From assembly GCA_003971905.1 (NCBI GenBank), contig RSEE01000004.1, forward strand, positions 930,001-994,000: 64,000 nt of DNA. Reading direction: 5' to 3'. The first letter of the stretch is position 1. Each line of letters opens with the position of its first letter. A program made the position numbers and the translations under genes. Below are positions 25,324 to 38,408 of the stretch, one piece after another. This stretch comes from Moniliella sp. 'wahieum'. Lineage: Eukaryota. The notes under the pieces are model-generated. The model was given only the letters and a program-made list of their open reading frames with translations, had not been told where the DNA came from and did no database searches.

Positions 25324-28300
25324 ATGGCTGCCTCCCTCTCCCAGCCCACCACGCCTGAGGGCGTGATTGTGTTCGCATACGTCCACGAAGGCATCGTCCC
25401 TCCCCTCGACCCACAGGGCATGCCCTCCACGGACGCATGTGTTGGCCTGCCTTTGTCTTCGCTGCCATGCCCACCACCTGGCCCAAGCTCCAGGCCCTTC
25501 TGGCCTTGATCGACGAGGAACATGCCGCCGGTTTCATCAGCGGCGTCCTCCCCGTCCTGCTGGCCTGGACCAAAGAGGGCTTGCAACACACTGCTGGCTC
25601 GCCCGTCGAGCCGGCGCATGCCTATGCCTACCTTATGGCCGAAACCTTTGTGGCCGCCGGACTCAAAGTGCCCCTCACGCCCCCGCGGGCCCTCGCCGCG
25701 TACATCTACGCAATGCAGCCCTCTCACTTTGCCAGCTGGGGAGAGATCGAAGCATTTATGGAAACACGCTACAAGATTCGCCGCCACCTCCTCAACCGGT
25801 CCGCTTCCCGGACGCGGTGGAAGCGATTGAACTGGACTTTGTCAACATGCTCATCGACTCCACCCTGCCCATCCATGGCCGCATCCCCAGCCTGGCCGCG
25901 CCTGATCGCACCTTGACCCAGCAGGCCCCGGTACCCGCTCCCGCGCACGCACACACCCCCGCGCCCCCTCCACGCTCTCTACTGCCCACACTGCAAGCGT
26001 CGTTCCGACCAAGGCGGTCGCTCCGGCTCTGCCGCTAACGATGTGTCGCCTAAGGCGGCAGAGCCCTCTCGCCGCGTGCATGCCGTCACCCCCCCATGGC
26101 GACTGCGGCTCGTCACAATGGCACCGCAAGTGCCGAAGCAGACCACCGGCTCTGACTCCATCTGCAGCTGCGCCACTGACGCAGTCACAGCTGGTTGCGC
26201 TTGCACAGGACCTGTGCACACATGTCGCAACAGGCTCCCTGAGCTCGGCGGCTGCCTCTTTGGCGGCGGACGCTCGCGTGCCGGCGCATCTGGCTGCATT
26301 TATCCAGCATGCCCTCGCCCAGTCTGACAGCAGTGCATCGCAGCCGACTTTGAGCGAAGTTGCGCACCAGCTAGCCGAGGCTGCGCATGCCAGCCAGCGC
26401 CACCTGTTGCAGCACACTGCCCGTCCCATCGATCCCACCCACTTTGCCCGCATCACCGCCATCGACGTGCGCCACCGTCCCAGCAATGACGGCAGCCCTG
26501 TCCCCACCGTCCCCACCGCAACTCCTACACCTGCTTCTGCTCCTGCTTCTGCTTCTGCCCCTGCTCCTGCTCCTGCTCCTGCTCCTGTCTCTACTCCTGC
26601 CGCGACAGTGGCCTCTTCTACCCCCGCAGAGTTGGGCTCAGCCTCTACGTCGGCTGCAGCGGATGAACCGGTGCTGATCCTGCCCTCATCTACCCCACTC
26701 CCCCTTGCTTCCTCGCCTTCGTCGTCGGTGTCACCGCAGTCGCAGCGCCCCCCTTCTGCACGTGCGCCTGGCAAACAACCCGCCCCACCGACCGCCAGCC
26801 CCGGTACCCGCCGTCTGAGTTCCAGCAGCGCCCACAGCGCCAGCAGCACTGCCCCTGGCATCGGCCCTGCCACGGCGCCCTCCGACACAGACACGGAATC
26901 TTTCCGTGCTCCTGCCGGCAACAGCACCGTGCGCGACCGAACCCGCGGCGAGACCCCAGGCCGGGGCAGGGGGGGATGGGGTGACGCAGTGCAGCGCCGG
27001 ATCGCACTGCGCATTGATTGGAAGGACCGGGAGGAGATACAGCGGTTCTGGCAGCGCATGTCACCCAAGGAGCGTTCGGCGCTGGTAGCGGCCGACGAGG
27101 TTCTTGTGCTCAAGAAGGTCTTAGCAGCGCGGCGGGTGTGAATGCTCCATCTGCACCCACCGGCGTGAGCGCCTGTTGGATGAGGTGCACGAGTCGTATG
27201 ATCGCTACCCGCCAGCAGCTCGCTCCCGCCACCCCACAGACCTCTCTTCGCCCCGACCGATCCAAATCGACCAAGGCCGCCGCCTTGGGGTCAGCCACGC
27301 AGGACTTGCTCTTGCCTTGGATGCTTACCATTTCGCCGCAGGGCCAGCTGGTCGGTAACTCGCTGTTGGCCACCTATCCGCCCTCGATCCAAGCCAGGCG
27401 GGAGAAGGCTCGTGGCGACACGGGCATGGCCGATATTCTGCTTGACGACGATGGTGGGTACGATCTGCCTCTTGAACCGAATGTCGATGTCGAGGACGAA
27501 ATCCAGGGCATCTACAGCGGCTACTTGGATAGGATTGAAGGTACGCAGTCGATTTCTTCTTTCGTCTTCCCACTCTGACTAACCTTGATCGTGTGCCTCC
27601 CCTCACACCCACCCTTTAGAATCCATCGATGTGGCCGACAAGCTACTGCTCAACCAAACCCAACCCCTCCTAGACTTGATTGACCTGCTCTCACACGATC
27701 ATGGTCAGGTGGCCTATCAACTGGATCAGCCTTGGCCAATGGACGGGTTTGGTCCGACAGGCAAGAATGCACTGCGGTTTTTCGCCATCAAGGATGTGGC
27801 ACGAAGCATGGAAGTGCGATTTTTCACATTTGCTTCTCGCCTGCTTGAGCATCGGATCGGGAAGGAGTACCGAGAACGCCTTTCGACGACCCCGCCAAAC
27901 CCAGCTCCTGCTTGAGCTCGAGCGCTCAGCTGCCGAGGTCCGGGGCAAGGCAGCCAAGCGGGAAAAGGAGAATCAGCGCAAGAAGGATAAGAAACGGTAT
28001 GTTTCTCTTCCCTTTTCCTTATCCATACCGAAATAAAATACTGACGTTTCCACCCCAGGCAACTCCGCGAGCAACGCGAGCAAGCCGAGCGGGAGCAAGA
28101 GCTGGCGCGTCAAGCTCAGGCCCAGGCAGAGGCTGAAGCGAAAGCTCAGCGCCGCCAGGCCGAGCTGGAACGGCAACAAAGCAACCGTGAACGACGGGAG
28201 GCAGAGAAGCGGGCCAAGGCCGAAGAAAAGGCTCGGCGTAAGGAGGAGGAGCGTCGCAAACGAGCCGAGGAGGAGCGTGTGCGGGAGGCAGAACGTGCCG

Positions 28301-29428
28301 AGCGTGAAGTTGATCGGGCACGTAGGGAGGAGGAAGAGCGTGTGCGGGCCCAAGAGAGAAGAGGATTATCGTCAGACCGAAGCAGCTCGCTTAACGAAAG
28401 AGCCCTCTCCTGTCATATCCTCTCCCGTTCCTGCTTTAGTATCCTCCCCTTCGCCGGTCGAGCCAGCCATCTCTGCCTCGCCATTCGCCGGCACTGCCCC
28501 ACCGTCCAGTCTCCCGCCGGGACTGAGCCAGGTGCCTCGCCTTCCCTCTGAACCTATGCAGACCGCCGCGCATGTGCCCAATGGGCTGGGCTTGCCCCTC
28601 CCGGACTTGCATCCGCAGCGGGCTGGGCTGCCCCCCGGGTCTCCAACGTGCATCACCTTTGCCTACGGGCAGTGGGATTCCCAGTGCCCTTTCGGTGCCT
28701 AGTGCTGCCGCGTCTCGCAGCACGTCCTTTTCTCTCGACACACCTTCTCTGGCAGTGGGATCGGCTGTTCCCTCTGCCTTGTCCCGCCCCATGGGCGGGT
28801 GGGACACGTGGCCTGCCCGGCCCGAGTGGGGGTTGGGGGTGCCCGAGTCGACAATGAGCCTAGCGCCTGGGAGCCCTATGGGGGAGCGATTTCCTTCCCC
28901 GGCTTTCCCCTTGCCTGGGCGAGGGCCCAGCCGGAGTCCCGCGCCGCCCGTGGTGGGGCCGATCGGCCCGATCGGACCTCCGCGTCGGAAATCGCCCGAG
29001 CCCACACCTCGTTTCCATGCCAATGCCAGTCGCAGTCCGCCAGTGCCCGAGACGATCTTGGGACCCGCCGCGCTTCGGTCGGCGGACGAGGACGAGGAGG
29101 TGTTTGTGCCTGCGAGACGGGGCGGGCCGACTGCGCTCTCTGGGGCTGCGCCCGGTGGCGCTGTAGGTACAGGCGTAGGCGTACCTGCCTGGCCCTCTGG
29201 CCCTGGAATGGGCGAACCGTTGGGGCCACTGGGCTGGGACCGCAACCTCCGCGCCAGGCTTGGCCTGGCCCTGCTGTGCCGGGCCAGGCGGGGTGGGAGC
29301 CCAGTGCGAGGGAAGGGTTTGGGTTGGGAGTTCCGTTGGATGCTCCGCCTGGTCTGCGGTTACAGCCAGGCGCTGGGATGTGGCTGCCGCCCGGAATGAC
29401 CAGCACCGAGTATGGTGGGTGGAGGTGA
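25324..29428 (+). CDS. NST1: Nst1-like stress-response protein, divergent
   Basis: DREEIQRFWQRMSPKERSALV..VLKKV..CECSIC, VADKLLLNQTQPLLDLIDLL, FFTFASRLLEHRIGKEYRE..QLLLELE..KREKENQRKKDKKR, followed by an E/R coiled coil and a Pro-rich tail containing VGPIGPIG and ILGPAAL..DEDE. Introns near 27541-27618 and 27997-28058. Confidence 0.7.
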
Positions 29429-29746
29429 GAGGCCGAGCGAATTCCATTCTGCATGTGCATTCCGGGGGAAGGAGGGGCGATAGATGTGAAGGGGAAGGCG
29501 CCCGAGGGGCAGAGGGTCCAGGAAAAGTGGTAGAAGATGTATGCGTCTACCAACCAGGACTGCCTTCTGACTTGGGGCGTCACGGGACGGACAGAGCTTG
29601 CTCGTCACGTAGTTGACAAGCCCGATGAAGGCCCATAGGGCCTTGTGAGGATTGGTGGCCTACGTGAGTGAAGTATGCTACCGATATGGCGGCAAGAGAG
29701 GGATGGAGAGAGCCCCTCGATTGGTGACGCTACTACCACTACTTAC

Positions 29747-29792
29747 ATGCATCAACTAGAAGGAGAGGGATGCATCAACTAGAAGGAGAGGG
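29747..29792. repeat. Perfect 23-bp tandem duplication
   Basis: ATGCATCAACTAGAAGGAGAGGG x2. Confidence 0.95.
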
Positions 29793-30526
29793 TGAGACTA
29801 CTAAGAACTCTGACCCTACGCCTTTGGCAGGGACATGTGCCGATCTCCTCGCTGCTTTGGTGAAGCCAAAGATGGTTTATTCTGGTGTGCTGTGTATAGA
29901 CAGCGACAGGGACACCCAATACATGGGGGGGGGGGGAGGCGTACACTCTACGCTCCAGGGTCTGCGCGCATCTGTCTTTACTTTAGCCATGAATGTGTCA
30001 TTGCCTGGCACGTTCCAAGAGCGGCGGGAAGGCGCTCGGGAAGGCAGGAGGTGGGTGGCTGCTGCAGACACGACCACGTGTCAGGTGGATGCAGCGGGAA
30101 CGCACCCCAGTCTGCAACCACGGTGACGGCTGGGACCGGGATGGAATTTCGCACTGCATGAGGAGGATCTCAACAATCAGCGGATGAAAAGGGGATGGCG
30201 CGGCGCAGAACCAAGACACCAGGTACCGAGTGCCTGGACGCCCAACAGTCCAAGAGAGAAACGAGGGAAAAAGAAGGGTCCCCAGCAGGGACAGGAGGCA
30301 TGCCAACTGAGCCAAGAGAGCCCAAAACAAAAAAAGGATGGTGTAGCATTGAAGAACAGGGAGTGCATTGAATGGAAAGACACGGCATTGGTGCGGAAGG
30401 TTGATTGGCTAGTGTGGGGTGGAGGGAAGGACGGGGGGGGGCGGGGGCAAGGGGGGCGAGGGGGTGGCAAGACATCAACGTTGAACGAGAGGGAAAGAGA
30501 AAGGCCACACTATACGTACCTGGCCA

Positions 30527-32369
30527 TCAGAGCGCCGCCCCCTCATCTTCCTCTGCGGGCTCCCCCTCTTCCCTGGCCGCCTCGTCCGATGGCACGGTCA
30601 CCGCGGGGGCAGGTGTTCCGGCACGGCGACGGGGAGCAAGGGCAGCACTGCGGGGGGAACGCTCGCCTTCGGACAGGATGGAGTCAGGGGCGGGGGGCGA
30701 GGAGGAGGAAAGGATTTGGGGCTCTGCCTCGCAGCGCCTGGCTAATCCCAAAGATTTCCTCCAGCTCGGCCGGCTGGGGTCGATCGAGGTCATAAAAGTC
30801 AAACAGGTTGACGGCCGGCTGTTCGGGCACAAGACGACCTTTGCTGTCGCGCGGGGCGGGACCGACGCCGGTGCCCGAGGCGGCAGGAACGGCTTCGTCA
30901 CGGAACTGCTGCATCTTTTCAGGCCACAGATCGTGGGCCCAGGCCTCAACATATGCAGAGGCCTTCATGAACTTTTGCTTGCATACTTGCGGTAGAGGCA
31001 AGGGTGCATCGGAGGACGCAAAACATAGTCCAGCATCAGTTCGGCCGTGGACAGCAGCTCAACCAGGGTGTAACCCGAGTAGTGGACCAAGGTGGGCCCC
31101 CACTCGCCCCGGGCAAGTACCTCGCGTGCGAGCCAGAGCCCAGCCGCGGCCACAACCGAAGGGGGTGGGACAGGAACCGATAGTCCACCGCCGCAATTTC
31201 GATCAGGTACTTGGCCACCGTACGTGTCTGGATATCGTAGTCGTCGGCCTTGGAGATGCGACGAAGAAAGTTCATGGGGTTGGGGTAGGACAAGTCGAAC
31301 TGGAGCGTACGCAGCAGGTACCGCTCGGCTGCCAGGATCTCTGCCTCGTCCACCGCATTTTTGCACACGTACACGAAATTGGCCACTGACGGGACCATCA
31401 CTTCCTCGTACTTGGCTGCCGTGAAGAGTGCTGTCACGCCAACCAACTGGAGTTTGGAGAGAGCAACGAGACGCATCGACAGTAATCTGTCGATGAGATT
31501 GACCGCAAGGAAAAAGGTTTCAGGGACAAGATGGAACTTGTTGTGGATGCTAATGAGCCAGTCGACGAGCATGCCGCGCTCCTCCCACGTGATGTCGTCT
31601 TGCGACACGATGTACTGAGGGTTGGGCATGGTCTTAATCTGCATCGGCCCCATAAGGGAGGTTAGTAGCGAAACGAAAAGAAGGATTGCAAGCAACGTAC
31701 CTCGAGGGTTTTCATGTACCGAAAGATGTCGTTGACATACTCGGACACCATCAGCGGGTCGTACTCATCCTCCTGGTCCAAATCCTCCCATCCCAAATCT
31801 TTCGGAGGCTGTACCACTACGGCCTTGGCCTCTTCCTCTGGAGGGTGGAGAGAAAAGGGAGACGAAGAGAAGCCAGCACCGCGGACGCGCTTACGTCGCG
31901 CCCTTCATCTGGCCCATCGCTCGTGCCTGGTTCGCTGGGCTCGGGTGCGCGGCTGCGCTTCGTACCGCGCACACGGGCTACAGGAGCAGCAGGGGCAGGC
32001 GCGGACTTTGCCGAGGGATTGCGGTCCGACAGGGCGCTGGGCACAGGCCGAGAGGAGGACGGAGCTGCCCTGACGGCTCGTACCGGCCGGTTCGCAACCG
32101 CCCGGGCGGGTTTGGCGTCCGGTGCTGGTGCCGATGCCGATGCCGAGGCGGCGGGCGCGACGGTGTGGTTGGCGTCCTTGACAGCGAGGCCACGTGCCGA
32201 AGGAGCAGCGGAGGGTTTTGCCAGGGCCGGGGGGTGGCCCGACGTCGCGCGCGCGGCCGCGCGAGTGATGGGGCGGGTGGTGCGGGCCGCCGAACGCGTC
32301 GTGGGCTGCAAGGGGAGGGGGGGGAGAGGGTCAGGACGGGGGTGGGGAGGGGGGGGAGCGCGCTACCAT
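30527..32369 (-). CDS. G2/M B-type cyclin (Cdc13/Clb1-like)
   Basis: WEDLDQEDEYDPLMVSEYVNDIFRYMK|..MPNPQY..ERGMLVDWL..FHLVPETFFLAVNLIDR..KLQLVGVTALFTAAKYEEV..LSYPNPMNFLRRISKADDYDIQTRTVAKY..KYASKKFMKAS. The C-terminal end is uncertain (30527 or 30684). Confidence 0.93.
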
Positions 32370-33581
32370 GGCAGGGGGCGGGCGGAGCACGGGAGAGGGG
32401 GCTGGGCGGCAGCGGTGGTGGGGCGGCGGGGGGCGCAGGCGGCGCTGCTCGTCGCGTGGATGGATGGCGGTGGAGGGGCGGGATGGGGCGGGGGGCGGCG
32501 GCGGCGCGGCCTGGCCTGGGTCCGAGAACAGCAGCGCCGCGGGGACACGGGCGCCGTGCCTCCTCCCGAGATCCGCGCCCCGCATGGCGCCAGTGTGCGC
32601 GCTCCGCTCCCACCACAACCCTACTGCTGCCGCGTCGCGCGGGGCCGCAGTCGAGCAGCGCTCATGCATCGTGCATCGCACGCCTCGCTGATCATCGATC
32701 CCCACCTGCGACGCGGGTGCGTCCGCTGGCTGGCGGGCATGCCCGCCAGCGCGCCTCCCCTGCCCCCGGCACGCGTCCTGGGCCCGACCAGGCCGTCCCC
32801 CCACCACGAACCGGGCGGCGTGGACGCGTCCTCGGGGCGGGGTGGAGGATGGGCGCGCACCCCAGACGTGTGTTGCGCGTGGTGGGCGCAAAACGCGTCC
32901 TTTGCCTGTCCGATCGCCACGACACAGCCCTGGTGCCCGGCCCCGGTGCTGCAGTTTTGCACGTCGCGAGACGCGCTGCCCATCGGGTCGGTCACGTGCA
33001 CATCACCCGCCCATCACTTCCTCCGGCGTTCCGGGGCGAAGCGGAGGCACATGTTGTTCCGCTCCCCTTTGCTTTGTTCCGCTCCCTTTTCCGCCCGCCT
33101 GAGCGGAAAACCTCCACCCAGAGAAAAGATAAAAGGCCCGCGGGCCGGCTGCGCATCTTCCTTTTCTTCTTCCAAGGATTATTTTTCAGTCTCCCTGCCA
33201 CACTCTGTGCTATCGTTGTCGAGCGACACAAGAGTGCCAGCGTGACCTTCGGGTTGCCGGGAGACAAGAGCAAACCTCCTATCCCCCTGACAGGAACCAT
33301 TAGCGCTAGACTCCGTGGCGCTCGTGGGCCGAATGTCATGGGACACCGCCCTCCCTGCCTTTTCCCCATGTCCTAATCCATGTTGTTACTTCTGCTAAAA
33401 CACTTTTTGTATAGCATCTGAGGTCGTTATAGTTTGTGCCCCTTGAAAAGATCAATGGACACTCCCACGCCAACGGGGACGATACCAACTGTAGCCGTTT
33501 GGTTCCGTTCCGTTAGTGTCATCCAGGGCAGCCCCTCTGCCAACGAGTACGGTGTAGCAACTATGCGTAGTGCAGCGGAGG

Positions 33582-33644
33582 TGTGAAGGCACTAAGACGG
33601 AAGAATGAGTACTGTGAAGGCACTAAGGACGGAAGAATGAGTAC
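33582..33644. repeat. 31/32-bp tandem duplication
   Basis: TGTGAAGGCACTAAG(G)ACGGAAGAATGAGTAC x2. Confidence 0.9.
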
Positions 33645-33816
33645 GGAGTAGGGATGCAATGCTGTGGCGCGCGTCAAATCCCACTCTTCCTTTAAGTGGG
33701 TGAGTGTGCAAGCCAAGGAAAGGAAAGGAAGGAATAAAGAGGAAAGGACGCCAGGGGGCACCGAAGGTTCACGGCATCGGGACCACTGCGCTTGCAGCTA
33801 GGGTGCGTCCGCCAGC

Positions 33817-34100
33817 TCACATAGCCGGCACAAGCACATCAGCGCCAATGGTGCGGGCAAAGATAATGCCTGCAGCGAAAACGCCAACGCCCCACGCAAT
33901 GTTGAGGTTGCCAGCGCGCTTGTCGGCCGCAACAATCTCCGAGTTCCAGAACCGCTTGAGCCAGCTTTGGCTGGGCTTGGCACGGCGCTCCGGAGCAAGG
34001 AAGCCCTTCTGTGCAGAGCTGGGGTGCGGGGAAGAAGAGGAAAAGGTTAGTAGGGCAGGAGGGACAGTCGTGAGGCCACGTACAGATACGAGGAAGACAT
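33817..34100 (-). CDS. Small tail-anchored protein, Tom6-like mitochondrial import subunit
   Basis: With intron 34019-34083 (GTACGT..CTAAC..CAG) it reads MSSSYLSAQKGFLAPERRAKPSQSWLKRFWNSEIVAADKRAGNLNIAWGVGVFAAGIIFARTIGADVLVPAM. The gene model is clean; the family call rests on remembered similarity. Confidence 0.6.
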
Positions 34101-34503
34101 GGGTCGTGGTGAGGTGAGAGAGCGAGAAGCACGTCCAATGGCGCTGGTGGCGTTGGACGCAGGGAGGCCCAGAGCAGGCGGAATGAAGCGAAAATCTGGA
34201 TTCCGCGGCTTCCAGAAGCTGCGCTGGCGCCTGTGCTGGCTTGTGCTTGCCTGTGCTGGCCTGTGCTGGCCTGTGTTGGCCGCCGCATGACGTCAGCGTT
34301 GCCGTTTCAACTTGAGCGAGGGCCACGTGACCTCGTGAGCCTGCTCGGAGGCTTGGGGTGTTCCGGGGGCGCGCGGAACCAGCAGCTAATGGCCGTGGCT
34401 CCGATCCGGGGCGGCGGCGGTGGTGGGACCTGGCCGGACCCGGTTGGACCCAGCGCTGGCCGGTGGCGGCGGCCTGCTCCGCCTTCACCTCCTCGACTCG
34501 ACG

Positions 34504-35566
34504 ATGGCTCGCTGCCGAGCGCAGACGCTGCTGGCGCGTGTCGTCTCTGCATGGTCCGCAGCGCTGGTGGTCCTAGCAGCTGCGCTTCTCTGCCTGCCGC
34601 TCGCGCTCCCCGCCGCACTCGCGCTCCCAACGCGGCGGAGCAGGTGCAGCATTTTTTCGGGGCCGCTCCCAATGGGTCGGACCACACCAACAACTGGGCC
34701 GTGCTGGTATGCGCCAGCAAGTTCTGGTTTAACTACCGCGTATGTTCCTCTTCCTCCCACGCGCTTCCACCCTGACCTTGTCCGCTTGCGTTGCTCTTGC
34801 GCCTGCGCAGCACATGGCCAATACGCTGGGCATGTACCGCACCGTCAAGCGTCTTGGCATCCCCGACTCGAATATCATCTTGATGCTCGCCGACGACGCG
34901 GCGTGCAATACGCGAAATACCCATCCTGGATCGGTGTATACTGAAGGCAACAAGCTTCTGGAGCTGTATGGAGACGATGTGGAGGTGGATTACCGTGGGC
35001 CGGAGGTGAGCGTGGAGAATCTATTGCGTCTCTTGACCGGTCGCGTGCCTGCAGGCACACCCAAGAGCAAACGGCTCGACTCGAACGCGCGGTCCAACAT
35101 CTTCTTTTATCTTACGGCCATGGGGGGGACAGTTCCTCAAGTTCCAAGACCACGAAGAGATCAGTGCATTCGACCTGGCCGACGCGGTGGAGCAGATGTG
35201 GCAAAAGAGGCGGTACAACGAGCTGCTCTTTATGGTTGACACTTGCCAGGCCAACACCTCTACACCCAGTTTTACTCCCCCCACGTCTTGGCCACGGGAA
35301 GTTCTGCCAAAGACCAAAACTCCTTTTCGGCAATACCGATCTGGACGTGGGCGTCGCATTGATCGATCGGTTCACCAAGCACGTACTCGAGTTTATGGGC
35401 AGGTCAATCGGACCTCGACTGTCTCGATGCAGGAACTGTTTGATTCGTACGACCCGGTTACCATCCACTCCACCCCGGGCGTCAGGACGGACCTGTTCCA
35501 ACGCGACCTGGCCTCCGTCCGTCTCACCGACTTTTTGGCGGCGTGTCCCAGGTCGAGCTGACATGA
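34504..35566 (+). CDS. GPI8: GPI-anchor transamidase catalytic subunit (peptidase C13)
   Basis: Signal-like N-terminus, [19 protein letters not shown] | intron 34740-34810 | [76 protein letters not shown]. Confidence 0.95.
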
Positions 35567-35678
35567 GTCTCTCGCTGTGGTCCGAACGATACCTCTCTAT
35601 CTACTCTCGTTTGTGTGCCCACACTCAATTCTGCCCACCCTCTTCCTGCCTAGATCAACATGGACCCGAGGGATGGAA

Positions 35679-36700
35679 TTAGACCCGTCCACTGAACTGT
35701 TCCCGTAGCGCCATGATCGTGGCTTTCTGCTCTGGGTCGAAACGGTCAATGTCGGCTTGAGAGAGAGAGAGGACCTGTTGGAGCAAGGCGCTTGTTCTTC
35801 GGGAAGTGAGGGGTCCACCGCCGGCGCCGGCGGGGCAGGTGGCACGGGTGGGGCGACAGATGAGAGGCAGGAGGGTAGGAGGAGTGGCCAGCCGCAGCAC
35901 CATAGGGAGGGAAGGTAGGTGGAGGCGCGGGAGGCGGCACAGTCTGCGCCGTGGCACCGGCACTGAGTTGCTGCAGGACCTGGGGTTGACAATGTTCACA
36001 TCAGCATTGCCTGGAACAGGGCATAGGCCAGTTGGGGATGCGACGTGAGTACCGCCTTGGCCTGCTCGGGGTTTCCAACGGAAAAGGTCTGAGAGAAAAT
36101 GGTTAGGAACACGGTCCCAGACACAACGGAAGAACGACGTACGCGCATCTGGGTTAAAAAGTCGAGCATTGGTTGGGGGGCATGTGAGAGAGGGTAGTGC
36201 GAATCGCCTCGGTTGCGGCCTGGTTGGCTGAGGGAGCAGGAGGCGGTGGCGGCGGTGGCGCAGCGGCAGGGATGCAACTTGTGGGGTCGGTGTCCAACCA
36301 CCAGTGGGGGCCAATGGTGGCGCATGGTTGGGACTTGTTGAGGGGCCAGATGACGATCAATTTGCGTTCTGAACCGCCCGAGTCGAGGCGGAGCGGCCGG
36401 CCACCGATGGTGATGCCATTGAGGTTGCGCACAGCCGACGCAGCTGTTTCTGGGTCCTCAATTGGCAGAATCCATATCCCTTGGGCTTGTGCGTCTCGGG
36501 GTCGTACATCAAACGAAACTCGACGACACGCCCAGCCTGGGAAAAGAGGTCGCTCAGCTGCTCCTCGGTCTGGTCATAAGGGATGTTGCCCACTAGGATG
36601 ATCGTGGGGAGAGTCAGCATGCGTAAGAATGCGGAGAGGGGCATCTTGCTCGATGCGTACCAAACACATTTGGCGAGCCACGATTCGGAAGATTGTCCAT
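35679..36700 (-). CDS. RNA15: Cleavage stimulation factor 64-kDa subunit / Rna15
   Basis: RRM VF|VGNIPYDQTEEQL..KPKGYGFC..AVRNLNG..GRPLRLD, hinge NPEQAKAVLTSHPQLAYALFQAM, and C-terminal LLQQVLSLSQADID..IMALREQF. Two introns. Confidence 0.92.
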
Positions 36701-37055
36701 GTGAACAGACGCGACGGGTTGGCGGTGGCCGCGTTGGATTCTGCTTGCGGCTGGAGTAGCCGCTGCAGTGACCAGGCGCTCTTACCTAATCGCATCCGCT
36801 GTCCTGGCCACGCCAGGCCATGCCTTTGGCCCCCCCCCACCCCCTCACGTGATCCAATGGGGCCCTTCTCCGATTGCATTCCGCTCCGCCGTCCCATTCC
36901 GCCGGGGTGGCTTGTGTCATCACAATTTGGGTGGGTGCGCTCCACCGGGGCATCTCCTGGGCGGAAGCGTCGGATGCGGGGCGGGCGTAGCGCGACGTGG
37001 GTGGCAAGGTGTTGCTCTCCTGCCTCCTCTCCACCATCGTCCCGCTGTGCCCATC

Positions 37056-37654
37056 ATGGCGTCGGAAGAACAGCTGCACCGTGTACGTGCTTTCCCGCCC
37101 CGGACACCGTTGCCTTACCCTGCGCAACCCCCGTCCCAGCCGGTGCCCGACGACCAGGCCAGGGCTCGCTGGCGACGCCATCTGCTAACCCCCCCCCAGA
37201 TCCTGCAGCAGATCCAAACCCAGGCCATCCTGTCCCAGCGGCAACTCAACGTGGTCAAAGCCCAGATCGTCAGCAAAGAGCGGAGAAGACAATGCAAGCG
37301 CTGACCCTCACCCAGCTCGAGGCGGAGGAGAACGCCACGATGTACCGTGGCGTGGGCAAGATGTACGTTGCTCCCTCTGCTCCTCTGCATGGGGCCTGCC
37401 CTTAGCTAACTTCCTCCCCTTCAGGTTCGTGCAGGAGAAGCCGGAAGTGCTCCTGGCCGAAATTCGTAAACAGCAGAAAGACGCGCAGGACGACGTGGCC
37501 AATCTGTCCAAGAAGCAAAAGGTACGTTTGGCATGCTACGTCTGACACCCCAGCTAACCGGGTTTGCCAGTTCCTCGAGAAGCAAGTGGCCGACTCACAG
37601 GCCCATCTCAAAGATCTGTTCAGTGGCATGGACCGTGCTGCTGCCCAGGCCTAA
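37056..37654 (+). CDS. PFD1: Prefoldin subunit 1
   Basis: MASEEQLHR|ILQQIQTQAILSQRQL..LTLTQL..MYRGVGKM|FVQE..LSKKQK|FLEKQVADSQAHLKDLF, with three GT-AG introns. Transcribed divergently from RNA15. Confidence 0.9.
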
Positions 37655-38408
37655 GTCCCTGCCATCCTTGGCTCACTGGGTGGGGCAGGGAGGGGGGGTC
37701 TCCCTCGCAGGCACGGTGGGAGGAGACGGCTGAAAGCGCCCTTCTTCTGTCCACGGCTTCTACCCCTCTTTCCCCCCATCCTCGAAAAATACCCTTGGAC
37801 GCCCCAATCTCTAACCGGGACTGCTCCAGTCTTTCGCTTCTGTTTCTCCCCTGGGGGTGAGATTCCAGCGACGCTGACGCTTCGTGGCCGCCCCGTTGTC
37901 TCATCCTTCCGAATCCCATGACCCTGCTCGCCCCAAAGAACGTTTGTCCGGCGAGGTCGGATGGCCTGACCGGTGACCCCGCACCGACTACGTGGTAGGC
38001 AGAAATAGACATAGCGTAGCATTGTTGTTCATGGTTCATGAGGCGGTCTGAGATCTCAGGCGTCTCGGGCCGACAGGGATCGACGGGGCCCGATGGGCGG
38101 GCGGGCAGGCGGACGGCTGTTCTTGGCTAGGCTTGGCCCAGTCGCACGGCTGTCGCCGCCGAGGACATGCTTACCTAATTCTGCGTGCTTGCCCATGCTT
38201 GCCCCCGAGGCTGGCAGGGTGCGGGCGCTTTTGCTAGGCCAGCAACAGGGTTGCTCGACGCGGAGCGGTGCGAAGAGCTGCCTGTCCACCCGCCACCTGC
38301 CGCCTCCGAAGACCAGCACGCCGCTCGTCCTCGCCATCGCCAGCGCCGTCGCCATTGCCATCGTCCTCGCCATCGCCCTCGCCCTCCCCGATCGACCCCC
38401 TCCACCTC

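Noticed and set aside
24042..25787. Long ORF-track entries such as 581 aa (24042-25787 -), 519 aa (31686-33245 +), 457 aa (22451-23824 -) and 397 aa (14257-15450 +)
   Set aside because: They are antisense or shadow ORFs of real genes in GC-rich DNA, low-complexity R/G/A/P, with no motifs.
25224..26600. (GTCGCY)n and (CTGCTC/T)n repeats around NST1
   Set aside because: They are an ordinary 5'-UTR microsatellite and a Pro-Ala coding low-complexity run.
29747..33644. 23-32 bp direct repeats as CRISPR-like arrays
   Set aside because: Each has only two adjacent copies with no spacers, in a eukaryotic context.
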